From NCBI GenBank assembly GCA_001643675.2, contig LSRY02000056.1, positions 310,001 to 374,000 on the forward strand: 64,000 nucleotides of DNA. The letters are read 5' to 3'. How positions within the stretch are numbered: position 1 is the stretch's first letter; every line of letters starts with the position of its first letter. Under the pieces are notes generated by a model, which searched no databases, was not told the origin of the DNA, and worked only from the letters and a program-made list of their open reading frames with translations. Source of the DNA: Monocercomonoides exilis PA203. Taxonomy: Eukaryota > Protista > Preaxostyla. Below are positions 1 through 11,663 of the stretch, piece by piece. The position numbers were made by a program, and so were the translations under genes.

Positions 1-3000
1 CTTTGCAGTCTGTCATTCGATTTCAGCGATAAAACACGAGAAGAAGAAGACGACGATGATAAAGAAGAAGAAGAAGAAGGTGTTAATGTTGAACTTATAT
101 TTTCTGTTGAAGTTGAATCAGTTGCATTTTCCATTGAAGATGCCATCATCTTGTTTAAGGGCGTGGCTGATGCTGCATTTGATGTCTGTTCACCAGAAGG
201 TGTCTTCAAAGGTGTTGAAACAGGAGACATTTCAGCAGCAGCAGCAGAAAAAGAGGAAGACGCTGAATTCAATGAGATTGTTCGCTTAGCAGGTTGTGGT
301 GTTGTATTTGTACTTATGTTTGTATTTGAATTCATATTTGAATTTGAACTTGAATTCGAATTTGAATTTGAACCAGAAACTGAAGCAGAAGCAACAGAAG
401 TCAAAGTAGAAATGATTCTCTTCTTTGTGGCTGCTCCATTTTGTGTTGCTTGCGATGTCTTAGCTGAATCTGCAGTGCTGTTTTTAAGAAGAAATCCTGA
501 TTGCTTTGCTTTCAAACCAGAACTGGTGGTTGATTCATTGGCTGGTTGAGAAATGGATTGCGATGATGATAATGAAGAAGAGGGGGAAGAAGAAGAAGAA
601 GAAGAAGAACTTGATAAAACAGATACAATTGTTGATTTCGAATTCAAGCTAATGATCCCTTTTCCTGAAACACGCGAAATCTTATGCTTTTCTGTGATTT
701 CCTTGTTTGCCTCAGAAAAACTCTTTTTTCTGCTGTTCAGTTCATCCACAGATTGAGACTGAGTAACTGTTTTGTTTTGGCTTTCTGCTGAATGAGGGAA
801 TAATGAGGAGGAGCTTGGAGAATTGTTGTTGGAAGCAGAAGGTGAGTCAAATGAAGAGGAGGAAGAAGAAGATGTTGTTGATATTGTTGATATAACTTTG
901 GAATTCGTATTTGCAGTTGCAGTTGATGGCGATGAAGACAGCTTGATTGTGGAAGCATTTGGCGAGCTAGCCATCTTTGAGATGGAATGACTCGAATGAG
1001 AGGAAGATGAAGATGAAGAGGAAGGGGAAGAAGAAGAAGAAGGCAGTGGAGAAATAGAAAGTGATGGAGAAAGCGAAGGAGAAGCCGAGGGAGAAAGCGA
1101 AAATGCCGAAAACGACGCGTTTCTGTCTAATTTTGCAGGCAATTTGATTGTCTGGTGCAAACCAGGTGAAATCGGCAGCAGAGGCTCTTTGTTTGCGGGC
1201 AATATTCTCTGCTCAACTGCATTTGTTGTCTTTTCGTGGCTTCCATTGCGACTTTCGTTGTTGTTGCCTTTCTTCCCTTCCTTTCGGCTGTCTCGATCAG
1301 AACGCTTCTTTGAATCGGTTTCTTTCTCTTTCTCTTTCTCTTTTTCCTTCTCCCTTTCCTTTTCCCTCTCTCGTTCTCTTTCTCTTTCTTTTTCTCTTTC
1401 TCTTTCCTTCTCTTTTTCTCCTCGTTTTTGTTCTTTCTCTTTCTCCTTTGTTTTTTCTTTCTCTTTCTCTTTCTCTCTCACTTTTCCTCTTTCTCTTTCT
1501 CTTTCTCTTTCCCTCTCTCGTTCCTTCTCCTTCTCCTTCTCCTTCTCTCTTTGCCTTTCCTTCTCCTTCTCCTTTTCTTTCCTCTTCTCCTTCTCAGCCT
1601 CCTTTTCTGATTTCTTGTCTTTGCGATGCCAATCTTTGTCTCTTCTTTTGTCTTTCTCCTTCTCCTTCTCTTTCTCTTTTTCCTTCCCCCTTTCTTTCCA
1701 TCTTTTCTCCCTTTCCTTCTCTTTCTCTTTCTCCTTCTCCTTCTCTTCCTTCCCATTCTCTTTACTCGCAACCAACAAACAACCTTCTCCTTCTTTGCTT
1801 CTTCCTCCTTCTCTTTTAGCTCCTTCCTCCTTCTTCCTCTTCTCCTTCTGCACTAACCCTGTTTCTCCTTGTTCTGCTGCCCCTTCTTTTGCTGCCTGAA
1901 CCGGCTGCTGCAAAAGTGGCTGGAAGAACGAAGGGTCGCTCTGAGGCGGGAAGAGAGGGGCAGAAGAAGACGGCTGAGAAAGAGGAGAAGGAGGAATGGA
2001 ATGTGGAGAAAGCAATTGGCGAGGTTGGTGTGATTGATGAGGTTGAAGAGATTGATGGGATGGCTGGGAATCATAACGAGGATTGGAAGATTGGGGATTA
2101 AGACGGATCACTCGAGAGGGTTGAGAACGTTGTTGCTGTTGCTGCTGTTGTTGTTCAGAAGAGGAAGAAGAAGAAACAGAAGAAGAAGAGGAGGAGGAGG
2201 AAGGCGAAGGCAAAGGAGAAGGAGAAGAAGCAGCTGAAATAGGAGGAGTTGGATAAGAAGGATTGGAATAAGGATAAGCAGATGGAGGAAGAGCTTTCAT
2301 CTGCGATGGATGAATTCCCGTGCCTCTTCCTTCCCACACAGCAGCAACAGAAGAAGAAGAAGCAGACTGAACACCCAGTGAAGAAGAAAGAGGAGTGGAA
2401 GAATTGGAAGGAATGTTGCTTTGAACGTATTCTGATGCAGATGCATATGGATATCGCTCAAGTGAAGTATCGGTGTTTTGCTGGTCGCCATATGGAATGT
2501 TTGGAGTGGATGTGTTTGAATTTGGATTGGCAGAAGAAGAATTCGAAGAATTTGAAGAAGCAGAAGCAGAAGCAGAAGAAGATGAGGAAGAAGAAGCTCC
2601 CTGTGGAGAAAGCAGCGGAGAGCTTGTCTGTCCCAAGAGCGGGCGATGGGACTGTCTTGGATTGGAGAGCGGAGGGATGGTTCTTCCTCTGTCCGCAGAA
2701 AGAGGAGAGTTCAGTTTGATGATTGGCTGGCGATGTTCATTGTGAGGAAGCAAGGGTTGCTGCGTTGGAGTGAACGATGCTCTTCCCAGCGGAGAATTGG
2801 GCTGGAATGCAAAGGGAGGATAAGGCGGAGGTTGGAGAGGAGGTTGCAACTGCTGCAACTGTTGTATCTGCTGTAATTGTTGCATCTGTTGCATCTGCTG
2901 CATTTGAGGAGGTGGCATTGGTGGCTGCATCTGGGGCGGCTGCTGCTGCTGAGGTGGGGGATATGGCTGGTGGAGACAGGGGGAAAGCGTTCTGCGCAAC

Positions 3001-6000
3001 GAGCCAGAAGAAGTCGCAGCTGATTGAATGGGCAGAGCAGACGGAGAAGGCGAGGAGAGCGCTCGTCGTGGGTCCATCTGCTCCCATTGGGATGAATGAG
3101 GTGGAAGGGGAGAGTTCATAGGCATCTGAGGGGCAGGCATGGGCAGTGAAGGATAGGCAGAATAAGGAGCGTGGGGGGATATGAGAGAAGGAGCAGAGGG
3201 AGAAGAGAAAGAAAGAGACGTCAGGGAATTCTTGGCGGGTGTGCGCTGGCCAGCAGTGGTGACTCTGAGTGACTTCTGCATGTTTGAAGGAGGAAGAGGG
3301 ATCAATGGCTGCATCGGCTGAAGCTGCTGCTGCATCTGTTGCATTGCCTGTTGTTGTTGCTGTTGTTGTTGCATTGCCTGCTGCTGAGTGAGTGGCTGCA
3401 TTGATGGTGGATATCCAGCCATCATCGAGGGAGAAGGCAGAAACGGAGGGGCTAGCTGCATTCCAAGTGAGGCAGCTGAGAGAGAAGGAGGAGCACCTGC
3501 TGCTGCAATGAAGGAAGAAGGAGAGCGAGAAGGAGACGGGAGAAGAGGCATCGACTGCTGAGCAGCTGGAGATATGAGCATTCTCTGGTGATGATGGTGC
3601 TGGCTCTGCTGAATCTGCTGCTGTTGTTGTTGCATCTGTTGAATCTGTTGAATCTGCTGCTGCTGCTGCTGTTTGAATGGATGAATGCCATCTGCATAGA
3701 CATACGAAGGCAGCTGTGTCCTCTTCAGCTGCTTCACATCGATCTCCATTGAGGCATCGATCTCCTCCCACACGTTGATCGTGTTCATCAGCCACTCGTC
3801 CACCTTCATGTCGACAAAGGCTGTGATTTCCTCGTCGTTCATGACAGGAAAGAGAGGAAAAGAGGAGAACGCAGACGGGCTGAAGGAAGGGGCAAAGAGA
3901 GAGGAATGCATCTTCTGCGAAGGAGATGGGGTGGCAATGGGAGTGGTGGATGTGGCGTGGATGGTGGTGGTATATGGGGTGAATTGGGAGGAAGACGAGG
4001 AAGAAATGGAAGAAATGGAAGAGGAAGAAGAGGATGAGGAAGAAGAAGATGTTGTTGTTGTTGTAAGGGGAGACACTCCATAAGAAGTGGAAGAAGAAGA
4101 AGAAGAAGCAAATGAAGAATAAGGCTGCTCGTGAAGAGGTGTGGAAGGTGTATGAATTCGAGAAATGGGAGAAACAATTCTTGAATCACTTCCAAATTGA
4201 GCTGAAGATTGAACAGAATTTGAAGAATAAAGTGGATTTGGCGAAGGAGAAGGAGCAGATGGCAGAAGAGGCATCCGAACTGGAGTTAGAACAGAGGTAG
4301 ATGCAATGGCTGTGCTTTTGGATGAAGACAATGTTGTTGTTGATGAAGTTGATGTTGCTGATGTTGATAGAACTGTTGAGACTGTAGAAGAAGATGCTGA
4401 TGATGATGGCACAGATGTTTCTGTGTGTTGTTCAGCAGAAATTTTTGAGTCATTTGTCTTTGCTAGTTCATCGCTTCTTTCTTCTTTCTTCTTTCCTTCT
4501 GTTGCTCCTTCAGTTTCATTGTTTGTTTTATCATCAGATTTTCTATTGTTTTCTTTGTTTTCTTCGCTTTCCGGTTTGTTTTCATCTCCAAATTGATTCG
4601 AATCAACATTTTTATCTGCTTCTTCCTCTGATATAGCTATGTCCTGTTTCAAAGGCATTGGTTTTTCTTCTTCTTCTTCTTCTTTAGCAGAAGTTTCAAC
4701 TGATTGTTCAGAAGAAGAAGAAGATGATGATGATGATGAAGATAAAGATAAAGAAGAAGAAGAAGAAGAAGAAGGCTGTTCAGACTCCAAAGGTGGAGAA
4801 AAGACAAGTGGAGGCGAAGAAGCTGGAGAGCTGCCGGGTTGCTTCGCTATGTTTGACTGCGATGGCATAAGCATGTTGAAATTGAGAGTTGAAGACGAAG
4901 AAGAACCAGAAGCAGAAGCAGCAGCAGCAGAAGAAGAAGAAGAAGAAGACGATGATGATATCGATGAATCCAGAGATTGTTCTGTTTGAACTATTTCTGT
5001 GTGTTCCTTCTCTCCATTGTTTTGCTCTTCCTTTGTCATTGTATCTATTTCTGGTGTCAGTGTGGCTGGTGAAAGAGCAGTTGTGTTGCTTGTAAGAGAA
5101 GCATCAGCCATTTCTCTTGTTCTGCTCATCGATATGGCAGGAGGTGTAGTCACTGCAACTGCAGCTGTAGATGAAGATGAAGAAGGAGAAGGAGAAAAAA
5201 AGGAAGAAGAGGAAGAAGGAGAAGGAGAAAGAGATGGAGCAGAAACATTGGCAGATGTGGCTGAAGGAGTGCAGGGAACAGACACTGCCAGAGAAGCAGA
5301 AGCCAAAACAGAAGAAGAAGCAGAAGAAGAAGAAGAACAGGAAATTGAAGTTGTTAACATATCTTTTCTGTCCAAAGAAGGCGTCGGCATTTTCGCTTCT
5401 GGTGTTGTTGAGGCAGAAATTGGTGTTTGAAACACAACATTCTTCTGCTTTCCTTCGACTGCCTCGCTTCTGCTGTTTGTCTGCCCTTCTTCTTTCTTCC
5501 CTGTTTTCCCTTCCATCTCAGATGGACTGCTGCCTATTGTTCCATTTGCATTTCCATTTCTGTTGTTGTTGCTGTTATTGACGTTGTTGTTGATAAGATT
5601 GTTATTTCCAACCCCATTTGCATCACCTTCTCCATATCCCTCTCCTTCTCCTTCCCCATTCACTCCATTTGCTCCATGAGTTCCATTGTTTCCATTTCCT
5701 TCTGCCCTTCCTCCTCCTCCTCCTCCCCCTTCTTCCTCCTCTTCTTCCTCCTCCTCATACTCTCCCATCTCTTCGTCATATTCTCCCAGTTCGTTTCCCC
5801 ACAGCTGTGCCGTCATTTCTGCTGTCATCTCAGTCATCTTCATCATCTGCTCCTTCTGCTTCGTCGGCGGCAGAATAAACAGCCCCACAAAAAACGTGGC
5901 AGAAGGGTGACTCACTTTCACCAGCTTCTTCACGGTTATCATCCGCCGCTTGCTGCAGCTCTTCTTCTTATTCTTCTTATTCTTCTTCTTTATCTTCTTC

Positions 6001-6595
6001 GTTTTGCTCTCTTCTGCTGTTTTTGTCTCACTTGTTGGAGTATTGTTGGATGGAGCGTCTGTGCTTTGTTGAGAAGAAGAAGAAGAAGAAGAAATGGCTT
6101 CTGTTGAATCTTTCTTTGTATCTTCCCCACCAAAATGCACATCTGATAGCCTTCTTTTCTTTGGCATCAACGAATCTTCATCAAACGCATCTGATTCTCC
6201 ATTTTTGCTGCTGTCTTCTTTGCTCTGTTCTTTCGATATGCCTGTTTGGTTTTGACTCTGGTTGTTATCATCAGCGGCACTTTTATCAGAAAAATTATCA
6301 TCCTTGTCACCTTCTGCTCCTTCTTCTCCTCCTTCTTCCTCTTCTTCCTCTTCCTCTTCTTCATCACTTTCTTCTTCTTCTTCAATTTTCTCCTCTTCCT
6401 CTTCCTCCTCCTCTTCTTCTGTCACTTCCTCTGAAAAGAAAGGAATTGGATGTATTCTTGCAACAGAAATGCCCACGCAGTCCTCAAGTGACTGCAGAAG
6501 ATGCCGCAAACGCGACTCGCAAAAGGAAATCCTAAGTAGAAATAAAAATTGAATGAATTGGAGAAGGTTTGATTAGAAATAGAATGTTCAGGTGG

Positions 6596-6628
<33 letters not shown>

Positions 6629-8887
6629 AGAAGAAGAAGAAGAAGAAGAAGAAGAAAATGTCATATTTTTTTTATTAAAGTAAAGAAATATAATTATGAG
6701 ATAATAAATAAATAAATAAACCACAAACCATTTCTTAAACGAGTCATATCCACTTGTGGATATTTTAATCTGCAGATATTTCTTGTATTTCCGAAACATC
6801 GACGTCTCTTCGAGAAACTGCGAGAAAAAAGAAGGCGGACAAAATGGATGGAAAACAGGTGAAATTGGCATTGCCGGAACAGCGCCTGGCAAAATAGACG
6901 AAATCGCATCGGCAAATGCAGAAGCAGACAGAGAAGACAAAGAAAAGGAGGAAGAAGAAAAAGAAGAAGGGGAAGAGGAAGGGGAAGGGGAAGAGAGAGG
7001 AATAATAGCTGTAGATGAGTTAGAAGAAGAAAATGACGGTGAAGATGAAGAAGAACTAATCGAATCAGTCGAATCATTTGAAGCTGAAGGAGAAGAAGCA
7101 GAAGAAGAAGCAGAAGAAGAAGCAGAAGAAGAAGACAACAACGTCTTCAAGATTGCAGCAGGCTCAATCATCTCTTCCAGTTCGCATCCATCGCATCCAT
7201 TTTCATCCTCGTAGTCTTCCTCTGCCCTTCGCGACACAATCTCCAGCCCTCTCTCGATCTCTTCCTTGATGACAGCATAAGAAGAGGAGAAGACGTTGTG
7301 AGAGGAGTTGATGGTTGGAATGACTGGAGTTAGAATCGTCATAAAGCTGCTGCTCGCATCCACATCGGCAAACAGATCCAGAGGAATGGTGCTGCTTGTG
7401 AAGAGCGCCAGCGAAGAGGCAGACAAGGATGAAGAAGAGGAAGAAGAAGAAGAGGAAGAGGAAGAGGAAGAAGAGGAAGAGGAAGAAGATGATGATGATG
7501 ACGCTGTTGTTGTTGATGTTGATTCTGTGGAAGATAAAGCAGGTGCATTTGCAGATGTTGCTGAAGAAAATTCATTTGCAGAAGTGTTCAGAGGCGTCGG
7601 TGTGACAGTCGTTGAATTTTGTGCCAAATCGTTTGATTGAGAATTAGAAGAAGAGGAAGATGAAGAGGCAGACGAAGGGGAAGGAGCTGAATTTGGCGGA
7701 GAAAGAGAAGATGAATCAGAAGAAGAAGGAGAAGAGGAAGAAGACGGAGTCGGAGATGAAGAAGGAGATGGATTTGCAGAGGCAGCAGAAGGAGTCGCAG
7801 AAGGAGTAGAAGAAGGAGAGGTATATACAGAACGGCCCGAATTATCACCAGACAAAAGCGGCATCGAACTTGCAGCTGTTGCTGATGGAGTGTCAGATGA
7901 ACGACGCTGCTTAAACCCTGCTACCGATAGCTGGGCGGCAGAAGCACCGATAGACGCTTTTTTCATTTCTTTTATCTCGTTCATTCTTTCAATCAGCCGT
8001 TTCTTTGTTTCTTCTTTTCTTTGATTGTATCGCTGCGCTGTGAACAGCATTACAGGTTTCTTCTCCCAATTCCACTTTCCGTACATTCGAAAAAACCTTG
8101 TAACCAAACGAGAAGGGGAAGATGTAGGAAATAGAATCGCAATTAACGCTGTTAAAATGGTCCATGCAATCCCTCCCAAAAAGCCAAAGACATTTCCGTA
8201 AATTCCACGCCTTCTCGCCCATAGCTTAATAAAGCGTAAAGAAATTCGAAATGAATTCAGATTTGGGATCATCTGGAGAAGTGTCTCAGCAACGCGGCAG
8301 CCATTAATACTACGTATTGAAACCGAATCAACTCCAAGAAGCCATCGATCATCGCAGATATCAAACTCTGGCGGAATAATTTGTGTAGGAAGAGAAGCAA
8401 ACAATATGTCCAGAGAAATTCCATCGAATTGAATTTTAATTACAGGAACAAAAGAATTTGGTACAGATACAACTGTTGTAATTCCAGGTTCTGCTTTTAG
8501 AAGCAAAGGAAATGTTCTAAAAAAATCTTCGTATCTATTCACATAACATGGAAAAACGCATATTGTATCAATATCATCTGATGGTGTAGAAATTCCTATT
8601 TTATACGATCCATATGTCAAAAGTCTTCCATAAGCTGATAAATCTGTCTCATTGACTTGCTGTTTTTTTGTAGCAGACAACTCTTTTGACCAATTTTGTG
8701 CAAGTAATTCCAATCTCTTGAGAATCTTTTCTCGTTTCAAAAGATTCTCTGGAGTATCAAATTGGGACTCAGCTATTAAAAGTGAAATTAGACGTTTTGT
8801 TTGTCTTTTATCTTTGTCAGAAGGAGGCGACGTATCGAATGGTTGATATCCTGATTCGATTCGAGGCTTAGTTGAAGGAGGTTCCAT
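1..8887 (-). CDS. PAP1: Canonical poly(A) polymerase (PAP1/PAPOLA family), 3'-partial. Exon 1 8887-6729, intron 6728-6532, exon 2 6531-<1; about 2,900 codons inside the window.
   Basis: Nucleotidyltransferase motif LTYGSYKIGISTPSDDIDTICV and third Asp in ISLDILF. PAP central-domain motifs RSINGCRV, IKLWARRRGIYGNVFGFLGGIAW and MTILTPVIPTINSSHNV. Splicing the GT..AG intron 6728-6532 restores KKW|ISFCESRLRHLLQSLE..RIHPIPF. Further RNA-binding-domain motifs ATFFVGL (~5890) and MEIDVKQLKRTQLPSYV (~3750-3700) are in the same frame. The ORF track lists no terminated ORF in that frame, consistent with it being open to the window edge. Confidence 0.93.
6598..6656. repeat. Poly(A) run followed by (GAA)n microsatellite inside the PAP intron
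   Basis: Directly visible: ~29 A then ~10 GAA units, within 6532-6728. Confidence 0.9.
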
Positions 8888-9357
8888 GCTTCATTGAGAT
8901 TTCTTATGATCAACCCAACATATAAAAATGAGAATTGATCGCTTTTTTTCAGAAACTTAATTCTTTCAGATTGTAAATCTTTCAGTATTGCCAATGATAC
9001 AACAATAAAAAACTATATTGAGTTAATGTTTGCTCTTCAGTTCTTGTTAAAAAAAGAAAAAAAAGAATTTTTTATGCTTTTAATAATAATTCTTATTCAA
9101 AAGAATTTGAGATTTCAATTTTTTTTTTTGAAAATACTGTAATTTTGATTTCATTTTTATCAAACTTTTTGATTTGAATTTTTTTCTGTTAAAATTCTTT
9201 AAAAAACATCAGCTCGAAAATTTTTGAAATATTCCGACGTATTAGATAAAAAACTTATTTGGCTGATCCTTTTTGAAATCATTCTTTCGTTCGAGTTTTG
9301 ATCAAAATTTCAATATCAATGGGATTTGTATCAAATTTTGTTTTTCCAATCGCAATA

Positions 9358-9615
9358 TGGGTGATTATTTTTGAAATCATATTTCTTCCATCAAATTTTT
9401 CGGTTTAAGAATTCACTTCAAGTGCTGATAAATGAGCACAAAAAAGAAATAATTCCATACAAAAATAACTTTTTCATGAATATTATCTGAAGCATTGTCA
9501 TTTTAAACAATTGCATTGCATCTAACTCTTTAATGAATAATTCCTCTCATAAGAAATTGAACATTTGAAAAATCGACACTCCGAAAAAAGTTATGATTTC
9601 AAAAATAATCACCCA
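9358..9615. mobile_element. MITE-like non-autonomous DNA transposon, copy 1 (258 bp)
   Basis: 24-bp perfect terminal inverted repeat TGGGTGATTATTTTTGAAATCATA, TA on both flanks (9356-57, 9616-17), no ORF, second related copy at 11036. Confidence 0.8.
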
Positions 9616-11035
9616 TATTTTTTTGGTAAAACAATTCAATAAAGAAAAAAAAATTTGATCTATGCGAAAAAATTGACAGACTATTGTCTTTCCCAAAAAT
9701 AGGTGATCATTGTATATTTTTCTTTATAAGCGATATGAATATGGTTGGCTTGATCACACAATTTTTGTTCTTTCTTCAAAGATTGTTAAATTTTCATTCA
9801 AATCTGTTTGAAATACACAAGGTAAGTAGTCTTTCCAACCTTTAATCGAGCTTGTCAACATTTTTTTCAAGTTAATTGTCTCATTTTAAATTAAAAAAAT
9901 AATAAATTGAATTCAAATCACACGAAAATTCTAGAATTCATTGTTTTTTTTCACAAAGATAAATTCAAATTTGTTGCAACAGTTTGTTATTGTAAACCAG
10001 GGATTTATTTGATAATTCCAAATAATTGATGAAACTGTTTAAACAAATATATCTGAATTAGTCATTCGGATTTGACAATATTGATTTTTAATTATTTATA
10101 AAGCAAAAAAAGTGTGGATTAGAATTCCTCTGTGACCTGATAAATAACTTGAAGCCTCATCCGTCACGAAAAAATAAAAGAAAAGAAAAAAAGAAAGAAA
10201 AAGAAAAAGAAAAAGAAAATTATTTTAAAATTAAAAAATAGTTAAATTTATCTCAAACAATATTATTCAAATGATTGCGAAAACAATAAAAGAATTAATA
10301 AAGAGCTTTGGAAAAGATTTGATGATTGCATCTGAAATATTTGTCATTTTCTCTTTTGTCAGTGACGGTCAGTAACTGTCAATGACAAATCTTGATAAAA
10401 AGAATTTTCAACTGACATTTCCTGTTTAAAAAATAACATATAGTAAACTTGATCATATAAATTAGATATTTGTTTTTTTCATAATAATAAGAATTGTTGA
10501 ATATCGATTATCAAATTCATTATTATTGCAATTATGGAATGTGAAATCGTTATAAATTACCATTTTTGACAAATCATAAATATCTTGTCAATCATTTTTT
10601 CAATGTTTCAATTATTTTTTGTCATATCATTGAGGTATATGCATGAGCCCTATGTTATTTATGAATATTGTGAAATAGTTATTGTTTTTTTTTAATTTCA
10701 CATAGATATTTTAGAGTTCCTGGTATTGAGCTAAACTCAAAGTTTGACACAGAACGCATAAAGATGAGACTTACCGAATGAATTCTTTGTTATTATAAAC
10801 AAAAAAATGAGATTATTTTTTTTATTCATTTCGCACAAACAGAGAAAAAAAATGTCAATGATAATTGCCCATATCTGTGGGATAACTAGAGATAATTGAA
10901 ACAATTATAAAATTATTCACAAGATATTGTCGATTTGTCAAAAATTGTTTGTTTTATTTAATTTTATTTTATTTTTATATTTTTAATTTTTATATTAATA
11001 TATATTTAAATGTATATTTTATTATTATTATTATA

Positions 11036-11295
11036 TGGGTGATTATTTTTGAAATCATATTTTTTCGTTAATAATTTTCTGTTCAAAAATTTAACTTGAA
11101 TATCAATTAAAAAAAAATTTGAAAAGTTAAAAGGCTATTGAAAATATTTTTATTTTTGATACAGTTTAAACACTTGATTTTAAAAACAATTATCATGCTT
11201 CTTTTCTTTTGAAATAAAAATTTCTTTCGAAAAATTTTCAATCTTCGAAAAATCAAAACCCCGAAAAAAGATATGATTTCAAAAATAATCACCCA
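11036..11295. mobile_element. MITE-like non-autonomous DNA transposon, copy 2 (260 bp)
   Basis: Same TIR (25 bp perfect), TA flanks (11034-35, 11296-97). Same length and orientation as copy 1, with an alignable but diverged interior (GAAAAATCAAAACCCCGAAAAAAG vs GAAAAATCGACACTCCGAAAAAAG). Confidence 0.8.
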
Positions 11296-11663
11296 TATAT
11301 TTATATATATATATATATTTTGAAAAACAAATGATTTTAATGACTTGTCATGTGGCAGAGGAGTAGATAATAATGACATATAATCTTCTTTTCGAAATTG
11401 AAGAGATGTTTGTTTTTAAATAAAACAGATAATTATAGTGACAATTTTTCTTTTTCGATTCAAGTTTATTTTTCAATAAAAGATTTGACTTTGTGACATA
11501 TAGATTATTATTGTTGTCAACATTAGATTTAATTGGAAATTAACATCAATTCATGGAAGAAGTTTTTTGATGAACAATGTTTATTTATAAAATAAAGGGT
11601 GCTGAAATATATAATTTTCGGATTATTTCTGCATCCACATCCATGGAGAGGTGCTTCTATAAC

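Noticed and set aside
56-6552. Dozens of + strand and off-frame ORFs (e.g. 1144-1899 FSFS repeats, 2737-3795 minus)
   Set aside because: Shadow ORFs of low-complexity coding in PAP exon 2; the conserved PAP motifs lie in a different, continuously open minus frame.
6422-6728. C-terminal end of the listed 821-aa ORF (FVVYLFIYYL..FFFFF) as a TM tail
   Set aside because: Read-through into the intron 6728-6532; splicing restores the PAP consensus.
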